Part shown: positions 33,800 through 36,322 of the stretch, one piece after another
How the letters are laid out: every line of letters begins with the position of its first letter
Numbering within the stretch: the first letter of the stretch is position 1
DNA from: a bacterium
GTDB taxonomy: Bacteria; Patescibacteriota; Minisyncoccia; CAYZDR01
Assembly: GCA_043806975.1 (NCBI GenBank)
Contig: JAZDGL010000050.1
Span: 1 to 36,322 of the forward strand
Length of the DNA: 36,322 bases
Reading direction: 5' to 3'
Notes under the pieces: model-generated
Database searches by the model: none
What the model was told of the DNA's origin: nothing
What the model saw: the letters and a program-made list of their open reading frames with translations, nothing else
Position numbers and translations under genes: made by a program

Positions 33800-36322
33800 A
33801 TGGAGAAATTAGATAAAAAAATCGTTGTTCATGGAGCGCGGGAGCATAATCTCAAAAATGTTCATTTGGAAATTCCAAAGGACAAATTTATTGTGTTCAC
33901 GGGAGTTTCGGGCAGCGGGAAATCTTCCCTCGCTTTTGATACTATTTTTGCAGAAGGGCAGCGGCGCTATCTTGAAAGTTTATCGGCTTATGCGCGGCAA
34001 TTTTTAACGCAGATGGAAAAGCCCGATGTTGATTATATTGAAGGGCTTTCTCCAGCTATCTCAATAGACCAAAAATCGGCATCGCGAAATCCGCGATCAA
34101 CAGTGGGAACCGTAACGGAGGTTCACGATTATTTGCGGTTGCTTTTTGCCCGCGTTGGAACGCCATATTGTCCGCAGTGCGGCGAAGAAATTAAAAAAAT
34201 CACAATAGATGAGATTATTGATAAAATTTTAACTGATTTTGAAGGGAAGAAAATTGAAATTTTTGCTCCGATTGTGCGGGGAAGAAAAGGGGAATATCTA
34301 GCGCTTTTAAATGATATGTATAAAAGGGGATTTAGCCGGGCAATTGTGGACGGGGAAGAAGTTGACTTGCGAAGCGCGGGAACACACCCCCTCTTAACCT
34401 CCCCCTCCGGAAGGGAGAGGCAAGGAGAGAGTATTCCCTCTGGCAGGGGGAGAGATAAAACCCCTCCCGATCTCTCCTTAAAAGGGGAGAAGGCAGACGA
34501 TAAATATAAAAAGCACGATATAGACATTTTTATTGATTCTGTTGAAGTGAATGCGGATAATATTGGGCGGGCGAATGAATCAATAGAATTGGCGCTTAAA
34601 ATAGCCGATGGTTTAGTAAAAATAAAATGCGGAAAAGCGGATAAAGGCAAAGGCAAAAAAAGCGAGAATAAAAGCGAAGAGCTGATTTTTAATCAGAAAC
34701 TCACTTGTCCGCGGTGCGGAATTGCTTTTGAAGAAATAGAACCGCGGCTTTTTTCTTTCAATAGTCCGTTTGGAGCATGCCCCGATTGCAACGGGCTTGG
34801 GAGCAAGAAAAACATTGATTTAAATTTGGTGATGCCCGATAAAAATAAAACCATTCAAGAAGGCGGTTTTTTGCCTTGGACATATAAAATTAATAATTAT
34901 TATGGAAATTTAATCAAGCAAGTTTCGCAACAATACAGAATTCCGCTTAATACGAGGATAAAAGACATCCCGAAAGAAAAAATTGATATTTTGCTTTATG
35001 GATCGCCTGATGGAGAAGAGCTGTTAAAAGTGAAATATATTGTTCAGGGCAAGACATTTTATCATAATATCAAGTTTGACGGGCTTATTCCTCATTTAGA
35101 GGAGCGCTATCGTAAAACTGATTCTGATGCTGTTCGCAAGGAAATTGAAAAATATATTTCAGATAGTCCGTGTCCTGCTTGCGAAGGGGCAAGGCTTAAA
35201 AAAGAAGCCTTGCTGGTGCGGGTTGGCGGTAAAAATATCGGAGAGGTGAACCGAATGTCTGTGAATCGGGCGCGGGATTTTTTTCTTAAATTAAATTTAA
35301 CTGAACGGCAGAAGTTGATTTCGCGCAGAATTTTTAAGGAAATTGAAAATAGGCTTAAATTTTTGGAGGATGTGGGGTTAGGATATTTAACGCTTGAAAG
35401 GGCGGCGATGACTTTGGCGGGAGGAGAGGCGCAGAGAATTCGCTTGGCATCACAGCTGGGTTCGTCTTTGACGGGAGTTCTATATATTTTAGACGAGCCA
35501 TCTATCGGGCTTCATCAAAGAGACAACGGGAGGCTTTTGGACACTTTGGAGAAATTAAGGGATTTGGGGAATACAGTGATTGCGGTTGAACACGATGAGG
35601 AAACAATGCGGCGAGCCGATTGGGTGGTGGATATAGGTCCTGGCGCAGGAAAACACGGAGGGAAAATTGTCGCGTCAGGTTCGGTCAAGGAGGTGATTGA
35701 AACAGAGGGATCTTTAACGGGGCAATATCTTTCTGGAAAAGAAAAAATTGAAATTCCTGAAAGGCGCCGTCCATTGCGAAATAAAATGATTGTTGTGAAG
35801 GGAGCGCGGGAACATAATTTGAAAAATATTACAGCGGGTTTTCCAGTCGGGCTTTTTACTTGCGTTACGGGTGTTTCTGGAAGTGGAAAATCATCTTTGG
35901 TGAATGATATTTTGTATAAAGCGCTGGCGCGCCAAGTTGGGCATTCTTTGGAAAAGCCGGGGCAATTTTCAAGCATTAGCGGGTTTGAGAATTTGGACAA
36001 GGCGATTATAGTGGATCAGTCTCCAATCGGGCGCACTCCCCGCAGTAATCCAGCGACATATACGGGATTTTTTACGGACATTAGGGAAATTTTTGCAATG
36101 GTTCCTGAGGCGAAAGCGAAAGGATATTTGCCGGGGCGATTTAGTTTTAATGTTGCTGGCGGAAGGTGCGAGAATTGCAATGGCGATGGATTTTTGCAGG
36201 TGGAGATGCAATTTTTGCCCGATGTTTATATTCCATGCGATGTGTGCAGCGGAAAGCGGTATAATGCCGAAACTCTTAAAATTTGCTATAAAGGTAAAAA
36301 CATCGCTGACATCTTGAATATG
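33800..36322 (+). CDS. uvrA: Excinuclease ABC subunit A (3'-truncated, absent from the ORF track)
   Basis: GAREHNLKN, GVSGSGKSSLAFDTIFAEGQRRY, Zn fingers, LAGGEAQRIRLA, LDEPSIGLH, second Walker A. Frame is consistent to the window end. Confidence 0.98.
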   Translation, partial: MEKLDKKIVVHGAREHNLKNVHLEIPKDKFIVFTGVSGSGKSSLAFDTIFAEGQRRYLESLSAYARQFLTQMEKPDVDYIEGLSPAISIDQKSASRNPRSTVGTVTEVHDYLRLLFARVGTPYCPQCGEEIKKITIDEIIDKILTDFEGKKIEIFAPIVRGRKGEYLALLNDMYKRGFSRAIVDGEEVDLRSAGTHPLLTSPSGRERQGESIPSGRGRDKTPPDLSLKGEKADDKYKKHDIDIFIDSVEVNADNIGRANESIELALKIADGLVKIKCGKADKGKGKKSENKSEELIFNQKLTCPRCGIAFEEIEPRLFSFNSPFGACPDCNGLGSKKNIDLNLVMPDKNKTIQEGGFLPWTYKINNYYGNLIKQVSQQYRIPLNTRIKDIPKEKIDILLYGSPDGEELLKVKYIVQGKTFYHNIKFDGLIPHLEERYRKTDSDAVRKEIEKYISDSPCPACEGARLKKEALLVRVGGKNIGEVNRMSVNRARDFFLKLNLTERQKLISRRIFKEIENRLKFLEDVGLGYLTLERAAMTLAGGEAQRIRLASQLGSSLTGVLYILDEPSIGLHQRDNGRLLDTLEKLRDLGNTVIAVEHDEETMRRADWVVDIGPGAGKHGGKIVASGSVKEVIETEGSLTGQYLSGKEKIEIPERRRPLRNKMIVVKGAREHNLKNITAGFPVGLFTCVTGVSGSGKSSLVNDILYKALARQVGHSLEKPGQFSSISGFENLDKAIIVDQSPIGRTPRSNPATYTGFFTDIREIFAMVPEAKAKGYLPGRFSFNVAGGRCENCNGDGFLQVEMQFLPDVYIPCDVCSGKRYNAETLKICYKGKNIADILNM

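Noticed and set aside
33825-36317. Short track ORFs in this interval
   Set aside because: They are shadow frames of uvrA. The other antisense or overlapping short ORFs across the window were rejected likewise.
1-36322. Alternative genetic code (TGA=Gly), prophage or autonomous IS
   Set aside because: Conserved genes are full length in code 11. No integrase, transposase or phage genes were recognised.

Overview
AT-rich bacterial chromosome segment, genetic code 11 (TGA used as stop, e.g. 3363-3365). Gene content (valS-prsW-hsp20 block, TrmB regulator, tandem MacB-type permeases, VanW protein) suggests a CPR/Patescibacteria genome; this is inference. The window holds housekeeping genes (valS, tsaD, murA, pyk, uvrB, and a 3'-truncated uvrA missing from the ORF track), three tRNAs, a cytoplasmic two-component system, a TdeIII-family type II R-M pair and a small cell-wall-enzyme cluster. 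The most striking signal is a dense set of tiny non-autonomous palindromic elements from several families, with no transposase in the window. A 'C-rich tail + CCCCCTT..AAGGGGG hairpin' unit sits in frame inside four genes (tsaD, uvrB, a HAD phosphatase, uvrA) and is read in different frames. The same unit is carried inside a TATAG-ended ~95-bp MITE, which in turn hosts smaller nested palindromes. Other candidates are a stand-alone class II terpene-cyclase-like protein and a membrane-anchored Clp ATPase with a single AAA domain.
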